32,000 nucleotides of DNA, taken from positions 780,001 to 812,000 of the forward strand of contig NC_014972.1 in the NCBI RefSeq assembly GCF_000186885.1. The letters are read 5' to 3'. The position numbers and the translations under genes are program-made. Origin of the DNA: Desulfobulbus propionicus DSM 2032. GTDB lineage: Bacteria > Desulfobacterota > Desulfobulbia > Desulfobulbales > Desulfobulbaceae. The notes under the pieces are model-generated. The model was not told the DNA's origin. It worked only from the letters and a program-made list of their open reading frames with translations, and ran no database searches. Of this stretch, positions 1 to 8,324 are shown piece by piece; within the stretch, counting starts at the first letter, position 1, and every line of letters starts with the position of its first letter.

Positions 1-322
1 CGATTGAGTAGGCGATGAAGTCGGTGCTGCCGGCGGTGGCCAACGGTTGCAGCGAGGCGGCGGACATCAGCGACACCACCGCGACCGGGCCGGTGGCCAA
101 CTGCCGGCTGGAGCCGAACAGGGCGGCGACCATGGGCGGGAGAAAAGCGGCATACAGGCCGAAATAGGCCGGTAGGCCAGCCAGTTGCGCGTAAGCCATT
201 GATTGCGGGATCAGCACCAGGGCCACGGTCAGGCCGGCAAGGGCGTCGGTCTGGAAACTCTTGAGGTTGTAGCCTTTAATCCAACTCAGGAAGGGGAAAA
301 TTTTTGTCAGTACCATGTCCAT
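1..322 (-). CDS. SulP-family (SLC26-like) anion permease, N-terminal fragment; the gene continues past the window start
   Basis: Absent from the ORF track because it runs off the edge. My minus-strand translation from ATG 322 (alternative ATG 316) gives MDMVLTKIFPFLSWIKGYNLKSFQTDALAGLTVALVLIPQSMAYAQLAGLPAYFGLYAAFLPPMVAALFGSSRQLATGPVAVVSLM. This carries the SulP N-terminal hallmarks (D..AG.TV....IPQ.MAYA.LAG.P..GLY and GSS..L..GP.A). It starts 34 nt downstream of the tetR stop on the same strand. Confidence 0.8.
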   Translation of the reverse strand, partial: MDMVLTKIFPFLSWIKGYNLKSFQTDALAGLTVALVLIPQSMAYAQLAGLPAYFGLYAAFLPPMVAALFGSSRQLATGPVAVVSLMSAASLQPLATAGSTDFIAYSI

Positions 323-356
323 CCGCTCGTGTTCGTAGAAGTCAAAGGTTATGGGG

Positions 357-947
357 TCAGGGTTTCAGCCAGCAGCGACACGACTCGATCACCTCTTCAT
401 AGAGCGATGTCGCTTGATATAAATTGTAGGTATCCAGCCGGACCAGGCCGTCGATCAGGGTGAAGATCAGCAGGGCTTTCTTGCTGGGCGAGACTGGACG
501 GATTGAACCATCCTCCATGCCGCGGAGGATCGCCTGTTCGAAAATGCTGATCAGACCGCTGTAGATTTCTTCCAGATATTGCCAGCATTTTGGGTTGTTG
601 GGCGCGATCTGATAATAGTGGTGGCGGTGGAGGAGAAGGAAGCGTTCCTCCATGACGCTGGACTGATACAGGTAGAACGAGATGGCTCCTTCCACCATTT
701 CCAGGCCATTGGCGAACTCGGTATTTTGGAGGTGCTGCTTGAAGGAGCCGACAAAATCTTCCTTGAATTTTTGCAGCACGGCGAGAAACAGGTCTTCCTT
801 GCTCTGAAAGTGGTAGAAGATGGTTCCCTCGGCCACGCCGGTGGCCTTGGAGATGTCACTGACCGACGTATCCCAGTAGCCCCGTTCGGCGAAGAATTTG
901 CTGGCCGCCTGGAGAATGGCTTCTTTTTTGGTTTGTGCACGTGCCAT
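357..947 (-). CDS. TetR/AcrR-family transcriptional regulator
   Basis: 196-aa ORF. The N-terminal helix-turn-helix ILQAASKFFAERGYWDTSVSDISKATGVAEGTIFYHFQSKEDLF is typical of TetR_N. The C-terminal helical ligand domain is not diagnostic. Confidence 0.9.
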   Translation of the reverse strand: MARAQTKKEAILQAASKFFAERGYWDTSVSDISKATGVAEGTIFYHFQSKEDLFLAVLQKFKEDFVGSFKQHLQNTEFANGLEMVEGAISFYLYQSSVMEERFLLLHRHHYYQIAPNNPKCWQYLEEIYSGLISIFEQAILRGMEDGSIRPVSPSKKALLIFTLIDGLVRLDTYNLYQATSLYEEVIESCRCWLKP

Positions 948-975
948 GTGTGGGTGACCCTTGGGGGATAGTCTT

Positions 976-1051
976 TGAGTGAGCGCTCAGGTAAAAATGG
1001 AAGTGAGAATAGTTTTCGACTGAGCACTCACTCAGGATTAAGTGAGTGTTA
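976..1051. promoter_or_regulatory. Inverted and direct AGTGAG repeats upstream of tetR; candidate TetR operator array
   Basis: TGAGTGAGCGCTCA lies at 976-989, and its inner TGAGCGCTCA is a perfect 10-bp palindrome. It recurs inverted at 1021-1034 (TGAGCACTCACTCA) with one mismatch. Extra AGTGAG half-sites lie at 1002-1007 and 1041-1046. All sit 30-105 bp upstream of the tetR start at 947. Confidence 0.5.
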
Positions 1052-1185
1052 GATACCCTTCAATGACCATCCGGTCAAACGCTTTTTTTGACTATCAGAA
1101 ATATTTATGAAAAAGGCTGGCAAACAGCAAGGAAAGGGCGCACCGACAGGTCGAGACCCAGGGAGATCGGTTGGCACGCGCGGGA

Positions 1186-2937
1186 TTATCGTTTGCGTCG
1201 CGCCGTTGAGCGGTTTGCCGGAGGTGAAGTGGACTCTTTAGGAGAGCATGGATGACTCGTGGCAAGAGCGGCCTTTTGCCGTTCGCGGCCGACGTCGTTT
1301 TTTTCCACAAAGCAGGGGGACTTGCTGAAAGGGTCGGTTTCGGTCCAGTACATCAGGGTCGACCAGGTACAGGGGGTGGGCGTGAACAGCTGCACCTGGC
1401 GGGGCACAAGGTGAAGTTCCCGCTGGCAGAAGGCGCGCAGCCGCTCCATGGCCGCCTGGGTGCAACCCGGATGGGCGGCGATCAGGTAGTAGGTGAGGAA
1501 CTGGCGGAGACCTTCTTCCTCGGTCAGCCGGTTGAACAGGCGGCGGAATTGCAGCAAGGATTCCGTGCCCGGCTTGCCCATGGCGGCGAGCACCTCGGCT
1601 TCGCTGTGTTCCGGCGCGATCTTCATTTGGCCGGAAACATGGTGGCGCACCAGCTCGCGCAGATAGTCCAGTCCCTTTTTGTGGTCGGCCAGGATCAGAT
1701 CGTAGCGGACACCCGAGGCCACGGCGATCTTCTTGATGCCCCGAACCCCCCGCAGCCGTTGCAGCAGGGCAATGAGCGGGCCGTGGTCGATGCGCAGGCT
1801 CGGGCAGATGGCCGGAAAGAGGCAACGTTTGTCCCGGCAGGCCCCCCTGGCCAGTTTTTTGGCGCATTCAAATCCGTACATGTTAGCGGTCGGTCCGCCG
1901 ACATCGGCGATCATCCCCTTGAACGAAGGATGCGCCGCCAGGGTTTCCGCCTCGCGGACAATCGAGGTCGCGCTACGCTGCTGGATGGTCCGGCCCTGGT
2001 GCACGGCAATGGCGCAGAAGTTACACTCGCCGTAGCAGCCGCGGTGGGTGGTCAGGGCGAAGCGGATGGTGTCCAGGGCCCGAACCTGTCCCCGCTGCCG
2101 ATCGAGGGGATGGAGCTCGCGCTCGAAATCGAGGGCATGCACGGCGTCGAGTTCCTCGGTCGACAAGGGCAGGGGCGGCGGGTTGTGGACGAGAAAGCGG
2201 CTGTCCTGCTGCTGGGCCAGCGGCCGGGCGGTGAGGGGATCGTTATGGTCGTAAAAGGTGCGGAACATGGCGGTGAATGCCTGTTTGTCCTGGGCCACGG
2301 TTTGGTGGGCCGGCAGGAGCAGGGCCTGTTCCGGTGCGGTGGGCGCGATGTGGCAGAGGCCGCGAATGAAGGTGGGCGGTTCGCCGGCCGCCAAGGTTCG
2401 GGCCAGTTCGACCACGCTGCGTTCGGCCATGCCGTAGAGCAGATAGTCGGCCTTGGCATCGAAGAGGATCGACCGCCGCACCCGGTTGTCCCAGTAGTCG
2501 TAATGGGAGACGCGCCGCAGGCTGGCTTCGATGCCGCCCAGTACCAGGGGCACGGTCTTCTTGAAATGCTGGCGGATCAGGTTGGCGTAGGCGATCACCG
2601 CCCGGTCCGGGCGGCGGGTGTTCTCGCCGCCGGGGGTGTAGTCGTCGCTCCGCCGCCGTTTGCCCGAAGCTGTGCGGTTGGCGACCATGGAATCGATCGA
2701 GCCGCCGGTGATGCCCCAGAACAGCAATGGTTCGCCCAAGCGGGTGATGTCGGCGGCCGAGCCGATGTCGGGCTGGGCAATGATACCCACCCGAAACCCC
2801 TGCCGGGCCAACAGCTTGCCGATCACCGCCACGCCGATGAAGGGCGAGTCGATGTAGGCATCGCCGGTGACCAGGATCACATCGAGCCGCGCCCAACCCA
2901 GTCGCTTCATTTCCTCGCGGGTGCAGGGGAGAAACAT
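1186..2937 (-). CDS. ygiQ: YgiQ-family (UPF0313) radical SAM protein
   Basis: The track ORF 1186..3063 is trimmed to internal ATG 2937 (MFLPCTREEMKRLGWARLDVILVTGDAYIDSPFIGVAVIGKLL, the usual YgiQ N-terminus). The CX3CX2C motif is in HRGCYGECNFCAIAVHQG. The start lies 1 nt after the upstream gene's stop. The remaining 5' extension would overlap that upstream gene. Confidence 0.9.
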   Translation of the reverse strand: MFLPCTREEMKRLGWARLDVILVTGDAYIDSPFIGVAVIGKLLARQGFRVGIIAQPDIGSAADITRLGEPLLFWGITGGSIDSMVANRTASGKRRRSDDYTPGGENTRRPDRAVIAYANLIRQHFKKTVPLVLGGIEASLRRVSHYDYWDNRVRRSILFDAKADYLLYGMAERSVVELARTLAAGEPPTFIRGLCHIAPTAPEQALLLPAHQTVAQDKQAFTAMFRTFYDHNDPLTARPLAQQQDSRFLVHNPPPLPLSTEELDAVHALDFERELHPLDRQRGQVRALDTIRFALTTHRGCYGECNFCAIAVHQGRTIQQRSATSIVREAETLAAHPSFKGMIADVGGPTANMYGFECAKKLARGACRDKRCLFPAICPSLRIDHGPLIALLQRLRGVRGIKKIAVASGVRYDLILADHKKGLDYLRELVRHHVSGQMKIAPEHSEAEVLAAMGKPGTESLLQFRRLFNRLTEEEGLRQFLTYYLIAAHPGCTQAAMERLRAFCQRELHLVPRQVQLFTPTPCTWSTLMYWTETDPFSKSPCFVEKNDVGRERQKAALATSHPCSPKESTSPPANRSTARRKR

Positions 2938-2938
2938 G

Positions 2939-4252
2939 TCACGCCTCCATGTCGGCGAGAAGCGAGGCGGCCGCCGAACGGCCGGCCAGCCAGCCGGTGG
3001 AAAAGGCGGCCTGCAGGTTGTAGCCGCCGGTGTCGGCCTGCACATCGAGCATTTCACCGGCAAAGTAGAGCCCCCGGACCAGGCGCGAGGCCATGGTACG
3101 CGGATCGACCTCGCGGGTGTCGATGCCGCCGGCGGTGACGATGGCCTCTGCCAGGGGCCGGTGTCCGGTGACGGTGAGGCGGAAATTTTTCAGCCAGTGG
3201 CGCAGCCGTTTGCGTTCCTCGCTGCGGATGGTGCCAGCCAGCCGTTCCGTGGTCAGCCCACTTTCCTCCAGGGCCACGGGAACCATCTCCTTGGGCAGTA
3301 GCCCGCGGAGCACACTGCTGATCGGTTCCAACCGACGGTGCTCGAAGTCGCGCCGCAGGCGGGCATCGAGCTTGTGTTCGTCCAGGGCGGGCTTGAGGTC
3401 GAGCAGCAGGACAACCGTCCGGCCCTCGACCAGGGTATCGACTATCCGGCTGCTCAGGGTGAGGATCACCGGGCCGCCGAGGCCGTCCTCGGTGAAGGTC
3501 AGCTCGCCGAAGGCCTCGGCGCGCTTCTTGCCGTCGATAAACAGTCGGACAAGAATGTTGCGCAGTTGCAGATCGCTCATTCGGCCGGTCGCCGATCCGG
3601 CGGTGAGCAGCGGCACCAGGGCCGGACGGATTGGCACCACATGATGACCGGCCGCCTCGGCCAAGGAATAACCGTCGCCGGTGGAGCCGGTGAGCGGATA
3701 GGAAGCGCCGCCGGTGGCCAGGATCAGGGCGTCGCCGGCGAGTGTCTCGCCGCCCGCGCAACGCACCCCGGTCACCCGGCCATCCTTGAGGCACACCCGT
3801 TCGATGGCATGGCCGCCGCGAATCGTCACCCCGCACTGCCGCAGCCATCGCTCCAAGGCCGCCAGCACCTCCGGCGCCTTGCCCGATGCAGGAAAGACGC
3901 GGCCGCCGCGTTCGGTGATCGTCGTCAGGCCCAGATCCTCGAAAAATCCAAGCAGTTCGGGGGTGAAAAAGCGGTGAAAGGCCTGGCGGAGAAAGGAACC
4001 GGTTGGGCCGAAATGGCCGAGGAAGTCGGGCAGGGGGGCGACGTTGGTCAGGTTGCAGCGGCCCTTGCCGGTGATGCACAGCTTGCGGCCCGGCCGGGGC
4101 ATTTTCTCGAGGACCACCACGTCCACCCCGGCGAGCGCGGCCTGGCCGGCGGCCATCAGGCCGGCCGGACCGCCGCCCGCCACCAGCAGGCGCGGACGTT
4201 TCTGGTCAGAATCGGAAACAGGGCGATGTCGAGCGGGCAGTGTGTTGATCAT
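2939..4252 (-). CDS. HI0933/BaiN-like NAD(P)/FAD-dependent oxidoreductase (flavoprotein of unknown physiological role)
   Basis: 437 aa. The FAD fingerprint is LLVAGGGPAGLMAAGQAALAG. The family motif GRKLCITGKGRCNLTN and the C-terminal GGYNLQAAFSTG are both present. AGGAG sits 6 nt upstream of the ATG. Confidence 0.9.
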   Translation of the reverse strand: MINTLPARHRPVSDSDQKRPRLLVAGGGPAGLMAAGQAALAGVDVVVLEKMPRPGRKLCITGKGRCNLTNVAPLPDFLGHFGPTGSFLRQAFHRFFTPELLGFFEDLGLTTITERGGRVFPASGKAPEVLAALERWLRQCGVTIRGGHAIERVCLKDGRVTGVRCAGGETLAGDALILATGGASYPLTGSTGDGYSLAEAAGHHVVPIRPALVPLLTAGSATGRMSDLQLRNILVRLFIDGKKRAEAFGELTFTEDGLGGPVILTLSSRIVDTLVEGRTVVLLLDLKPALDEHKLDARLRRDFEHRRLEPISSVLRGLLPKEMVPVALEESGLTTERLAGTIRSEERKRLRHWLKNFRLTVTGHRPLAEAIVTAGGIDTREVDPRTMASRLVRGLYFAGEMLDVQADTGGYNLQAAFSTGWLAGRSAAASLLADMEA

Positions 4253-4430
4253 GGCCCACTCCTACACCAATCGCCGGGAAAAAACATCACAATCCTCGAT
4301 GGGCCCCGGCAAGGCGCTCTTGTCCCTGCCGCTGGTGTTGACAGAACCGATTTGCTTCACTAATGAAAGCACAAGTCGCCTGGAGCAGAATGAAGGGGCG
4401 ATAATGCGCTGGAATCGCAGGGAGGACTGC

Positions 4431-6140
4431 ATGGACGATTCGTTACCAGGGTTGATTTTGACCGGTGCCTCCGGTTTTGTCGGGCGGAATTTCATCAAGG
4501 CGGCCACCGGCCGGTTCCGTCTGTTCTGCGTGGCCCGACGGTCGATGGAGGAGGCCGGGGTACAGCCGGACGCCAACCTGCGCTGGATCCAGGTGGATAT
4601 CGCCGACCAGGACAAACTGCACAACCTGCTCCAGCGGGTGCGCGATCACGGCGGCGCCGATTACGTGGTCAACCTGGCCGGCTACTACGACTTCACCAAC
4701 CAGGAGCATCCCGAATACACCCGCACCAATATCCTTGGCACCCGCAACATGCTCGAACTGGCCAAGGAACTGCGCGTCAAACGGTTTGTCTTTGCCAGTT
4801 CGCAAGCCGCCTGTCCGTTCGGCCCGGTGATCACCGAGCAGACCGCCGCCGATGCCCCCATCCCCTACGCGCGCAGTAAACGGGCCGGCGAAGAGCTGCT
4901 CAAGGAGTATTCCCCCTGGGTGCCGGGGGCCATCATCCGCATCGCGGCGGTGTTCAGCGACTGGTGCGAATATCCGCCCCTGTACACCCTGCTCAACAAC
5001 TGGTGTTCGGGCAAATGGCTTGAATCGCGGCTCATCGCCGGTCGCGGTCAGTCCGCCCTCCCTTATGTGCATGTGCACGATCTGGTGCAGCTCCTGCTCC
5101 GAGTGGTCGAGAAGAGCGACGAGCTGGGGCAACTGTGCACCTTCAACGCCGGGCCGGATGGCGCCGTGTCCCACCTGGAACTGTTTCGCATCGCCTCTCA
5201 GTTTTATTACAACCGTCACCTGCGACCGCTGTTCGTCAACCGCTGGCTGCTGGGGCCGATGATCCTGGGGCGACGGCTGCTCAGTCGTCTGCAGGGCAAG
5301 GAACCCTTCGAGCAATTATGGATGGCCAAGTACATCGACCAGCGTCTGGTGGCCGATAGTTCGCGGACGCGGCAGATCCTGGGGTGGAAACCGACGCCGC
5401 GCAAGTCGATCACCCGCCGGCTGGTGTTTCTCATCGAAAACATGAAGCGCAACCCGGAGTTGTGGCGCAACTGGAACGAGGCCATGCTGCGCAAGGCCGC
5501 CGACCGGCCGCATTTGGCTCTGCACGAACTGTTGTGCGACACCCTGGACGCGGCCCGGGATACCGTGGTTCACGCCCTGACCGCCCAACTGCTGTCCCGC
5601 GACGCGGTGATCGCGGAGATCACCGCCCAGTCGCTGGACGCGGAGCAGCCCCAGGGATATGCCAGCTGCATCCGCGCCCTGCAGGCTATGGACCGGTCGG
5701 TGGCCGATTCGTTCTTCCGCCTGCTCTATCAGCTGATCGTCACCGTGATGCGGACCCGCAACCGGCCGATGATGCAGCAGTATGCCCACACCATCGCCTT
5801 TTTGCCGATGCACGCCGGCTTTGCCAACGGCCTGGCCAGCCGCAGTTTGTTCATCATCGGCGAATATCTGGTCCAGCACTACCGCGGCCGGCCCAAGTTC
5901 CAGCAGATGACCCCCTTGGCCGATGACTACATCAGCATGACCATCCATATGGCCATCGACCGGATCGAGGATCAGGCGGAACTGGCCAAATTGCAGTCGC
6001 CGATTTTGCTGGAGGAGCTACGCCGGATGCCGCCGCCGGCGGACAACAGGCGGCTGGAAAAGGTGATCGCCCAGCTGGAGGATCTGTGCAACGAGGCCAT
6101 TGCCGGCCAGTCGTGGACCAGTCCGCTGGTCAAGGAGTAG
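4431..6140 (+). CDS. NAD-dependent epimerase/dehydratase (extended SDR) fused to an unassigned ~240-aa alpha-helical C-terminal domain
   Basis: The Rossmann motif is LILTGASGFVGRNF and the YxxxK motif is in PYARSKRAGE. The track ORF start 4044 overlaps the divergent flavoprotein gene and is rejected. ATG 4431 has GGGAGG 5 nt upstream; ATG 4404 is an alternative. SDR-like sequence ends near residue 330, and the rest matches no family I recognise. Confidence 0.8.
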   Translation: MDDSLPGLILTGASGFVGRNFIKAATGRFRLFCVARRSMEEAGVQPDANLRWIQVDIADQDKLHNLLQRVRDHGGADYVVNLAGYYDFTNQEHPEYTRTNILGTRNMLELAKELRVKRFVFASSQAACPFGPVITEQTAADAPIPYARSKRAGEELLKEYSPWVPGAIIRIAAVFSDWCEYPPLYTLLNNWCSGKWLESRLIAGRGQSALPYVHVHDLVQLLLRVVEKSDELGQLCTFNAGPDGAVSHLELFRIASQFYYNRHLRPLFVNRWLLGPMILGRRLLSRLQGKEPFEQLWMAKYIDQRLVADSSRTRQILGWKPTPRKSITRRLVFLIENMKRNPELWRNWNEAMLRKAADRPHLALHELLCDTLDAARDTVVHALTAQLLSRDAVIAEITAQSLDAEQPQGYASCIRALQAMDRSVADSFFRLLYQLIVTVMRTRNRPMMQQYAHTIAFLPMHAGFANGLASRSLFIIGEYLVQHYRGRPKFQQMTPLADDYISMTIHMAIDRIEDQAELAKLQSPILLEELRRMPPPADNRRLEKVIAQLEDLCNEAIAGQSWTSPLVKE

Positions 6141-6178
6141 GCGAAAGGCGCGCTGGCAAGCCGGGCGGCACAATCGGA

Positions 6179-6817
6179 TCACACCGGTATCCGGTCGCCC
6201 AGATGTTTGGGACGCGTCTTGAACAGCTCGATATCGAGCACACAGATGACCTTGGAGAATACTTCCCGTATCCTTGTCTTGATTCCAGCATGACGGTCCA
6301 CATCGTCGGCGTTGTAGCCGTACAGCTCAATGCCCCATGACCGGCCGATGTAAATGGCTCTGCTGTTGTGAAATTTCTGCGAGACGACAATCCCTTTTTG
6401 CTGATTGAACACTTCTTTAAAGCGAACGATGGAATCGAGCGTTCGTAATCCGGCAAAATCGCAGACAATGTCCCGCTCGTTGACCCCCTGTTTGACGATA
6501 TCGTTCTTCATGTCCCGCGCTTCGTTGTAGGCATGGGTTCTGTTATCGCCCGAGACGATGATTTTTTGACATTTTCCAGCCCGATACAACCTGACCGCGG
6601 CGGTAATCCGGTTGGTGTAATAGTGGTTTTCGCGGCCATTTTTCAAGAATTTCGTCGTGCCCAGGACAATGGCGCAATATGCAGGCGGAATCTGTTCCAG
6701 ATGGTCGAACGTATATTGTTCGTATCGGTTGATCGTGATGTTCGCCCAGGCAATTGCTGCCACACACAGGAAAAGAAAGGCTCCGGTCATTCGCTTGCTA
6801 ATCCGTTTGACGTTCAT
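6179..6817 (-). CDS. sanA: SanA/DUF218 (YdcF-like) inner-membrane protein
   Basis: 212 aa with an N-terminal signal-anchor TGAFLFLCVAAIAWANI. It aligns by eye with E. coli SanA blocks (IVLGT.K, SGDN...YNE, DFAGLRTLDSIVR.KEVF, SQKFH..RA.YI, IREVFSK, P.HLG). Confidence 0.85.
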   Translation of the reverse strand: MNVKRISKRMTGAFLFLCVAAIAWANITINRYEQYTFDHLEQIPPAYCAIVLGTTKFLKNGRENHYYTNRITAAVRLYRAGKCQKIIVSGDNRTHAYNEARDMKNDIVKQGVNERDIVCDFAGLRTLDSIVRFKEVFNQQKGIVVSQKFHNSRAIYIGRSWGIELYGYNADDVDRHAGIKTRIREVFSKVICVLDIELFKTRPKHLGDRIPV

Positions 6818-6943
6818 TGGCGATGGCTTCGGGTGACATTCGTCGCGGGCGTTGGACGGTTGTCGAGCACTGGACTGGTTGAGGGCTTTCCGACGGCCAG
6901 CTGTTGCGGCCTGCGGGAAAAGGAGCGGGCCCAGGCGACATGC

Positions 6944-6988
6944 GGCTTCCGGTTACCCCTGTGCGGGATCACTGCGTAACCGGAAGCC
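6944..6988 (-). terminator. Perfect 13-bp stem-loop downstream of the FMN dehydrogenase gene (terminator-like, no U tract)
   Basis: GGCTTCCGGTTAC (6944-6956) pairs perfectly with GTAACCGGAAGCC (6976-6988) across a 19-nt loop. It lies 31 nt after the stop at 7020. No T-run follows on either strand. Confidence 0.35.
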
Positions 6989-7019
6989 GACCAATGCGAT
7001 TACGATTCGGCGAGCCCTC

Positions 7020-8042
7020 TCATTGCCGACCGTAGAGGATGCCCGCCGGCACCTGCTTGACATCGGCGGTGCCGGTGAGCAGCATGGCCTGGAGCAGTTC
7101 GCCCTTCAGCTGGTTGAGATAGAGGGCCACGCCTTCACGGCCGCCTCCGAAGGCGGCGATCACCAGCGGCCGGCCGACCAGCACCGCATCCGCGCCCAGG
7201 GCCAACAGCTTGAGCACGTCGGCCCCGCTGCGCACGCCGCCATCGGCGAAGATGATCGCCTTGCCCTTGACCCGGGCGGCAATGGCCGGCAGCACTTCGG
7301 CCGCGCCGGGGGTGAAATCGAGCACCCGGCCGCCGTGGTTGGACACGACAATGGCCGCGGCTCCGGCCTGCACCGCCTCTTCGGCCTCGTCGGCGGTCAT
7401 CACGCCCTTGACGATGAACGGCAGCTTGGTGGCGTTGATCACCTCGCGCAGCTCGGTCGCGGTCTTGGGACCGACCGGCTGCCCCTTCATCGCCATGGTG
7501 ACCAGGCCGGCGCCGTCGATATCCATGCCCGTGGCCAGCACGCCGGTGGCCTCGGCGGCGCGGAGATGGCCGACGACCACGTCCTGGGCCCGCGGTTTGA
7601 TGATCGCGATCGAGCCGCCCTTGTTGTCGGCCCCGGCCTTGAGCCCGCTGTCGAACATGCGCGGGTCGGCACCGTCACCGGTCATGCACAGGGTGCCGGC
7701 CTGGATCGCGCCGGCCACCATCTCGGCGATGAATTCCTCCTCGGTCATCTTGCCGCCCATGTTGTAGGAGGAACCGGTGATGGGCGCGCCGAGGATCGGC
7801 ATGGACAGCTTTCTGCCCCACAGGGTCAGGCTCATGTCCGGCTCCTTGACGCTGTGGATGGTGCGCATGTTCAACTTGACTTTGGCCAGGGCCTCCAGAT
7901 TAACCTTGAAGGCGCTGCCGGTGCCCACGCCGCCCATGCCCGGCACCTCTCCGGCGCAGGCGCGGCCGTCGCACACCGGGCAGACCCGGCAGAATCCCTT
8001 GAGCTGTTCACGGGCATGTTCCCGAACTGATTTCATATCCAT
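7020..8042 (-). CDS. FMN-dependent alpha-hydroxy-acid dehydrogenase/oxidase family protein with an N-terminal CX2CX2CX4C motif
   Basis: 340 aa with TIM-barrel FMN-family blocks (PILGAPITG, PFIVKGVMTADEAEEAVQAGAAAIVVSNHGGR, IIFADGGVRSGADVLKLLALGADAVLVGRP). The N-terminus carries GFCRVCPVCDGRACAG. AGGAGG lies upstream of the ATG. Confidence 0.85.
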   Translation of the reverse strand: MDMKSVREHAREQLKGFCRVCPVCDGRACAGEVPGMGGVGTGSAFKVNLEALAKVKLNMRTIHSVKEPDMSLTLWGRKLSMPILGAPITGSSYNMGGKMTEEEFIAEMVAGAIQAGTLCMTGDGADPRMFDSGLKAGADNKGGSIAIIKPRAQDVVVGHLRAAEATGVLATGMDIDGAGLVTMAMKGQPVGPKTATELREVINATKLPFIVKGVMTADEAEEAVQAGAAAIVVSNHGGRVLDFTPGAAEVLPAIAARVKGKAIIFADGGVRSGADVLKLLALGADAVLVGRPLVIAAFGGGREGVALYLNQLKGELLQAMLLTGTADVKQVPAGILYGRQ

Positions 8043-8324
8043 TGTGTGTCCTCCTGGCCTTCAGGCATCTGCCGCACCCGCGCAATGGTGGGGGATGCTG
8101 AAGCCGATAAAAATGTTTCTCAAACAATACGTGGCCGTCGGGACAGAGGGCGGGACGGCCGGAGCGGGTTGCGCTTCCAGCCGTCATCCACCGGTCGAGC
8201 CAAACCAGCCGATGTGTATTCAACCATCCCCGGCGGGGATTGTTCAACAACTTTGCGCACGGTGGGGCAAACTGATCGCGCCAGCACGCCGAATCCGCGC
8301 AGGAGATCGCGAGCCATGGCCGGT

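Noticed and set aside
1252-3138. 628-aa plus-strand ORF covering the ygiQ region
   Set aside because: It lies exactly antisense to a gene with clear YgiQ homology and a radical SAM motif. Its product is Gly/Ala/Arg/Pro-rich with no recognisable motifs. This is the classic high-GC shadow ORF.
4044-4430. 5' extension of the SDR ORF
   Set aside because: It would overlap the divergently transcribed flavoprotein gene by about 200 nt and encodes Arg/Pro/Ser-rich sequence. Good SD-plus-ATG combinations exist at 4404 and 4431.
3338-8030. Other long opposite-strand or alternate-frame ORFs (3338-4363 +, 4443-5315 -, 5316-5948 -, 6852-8030 +)
   Set aside because: Each is nested in or antisense to a gene with clear homology, and none has a motif or a plausible SD.
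8120-8317. 65-aa minus-strand ORF just downstream of tauE
   Set aside because: It has an Arg/Pro-rich low-complexity tail, no SD and no recognisable fold signal. It is probably non-coding promoter DNA for the dehydrogenase gene.
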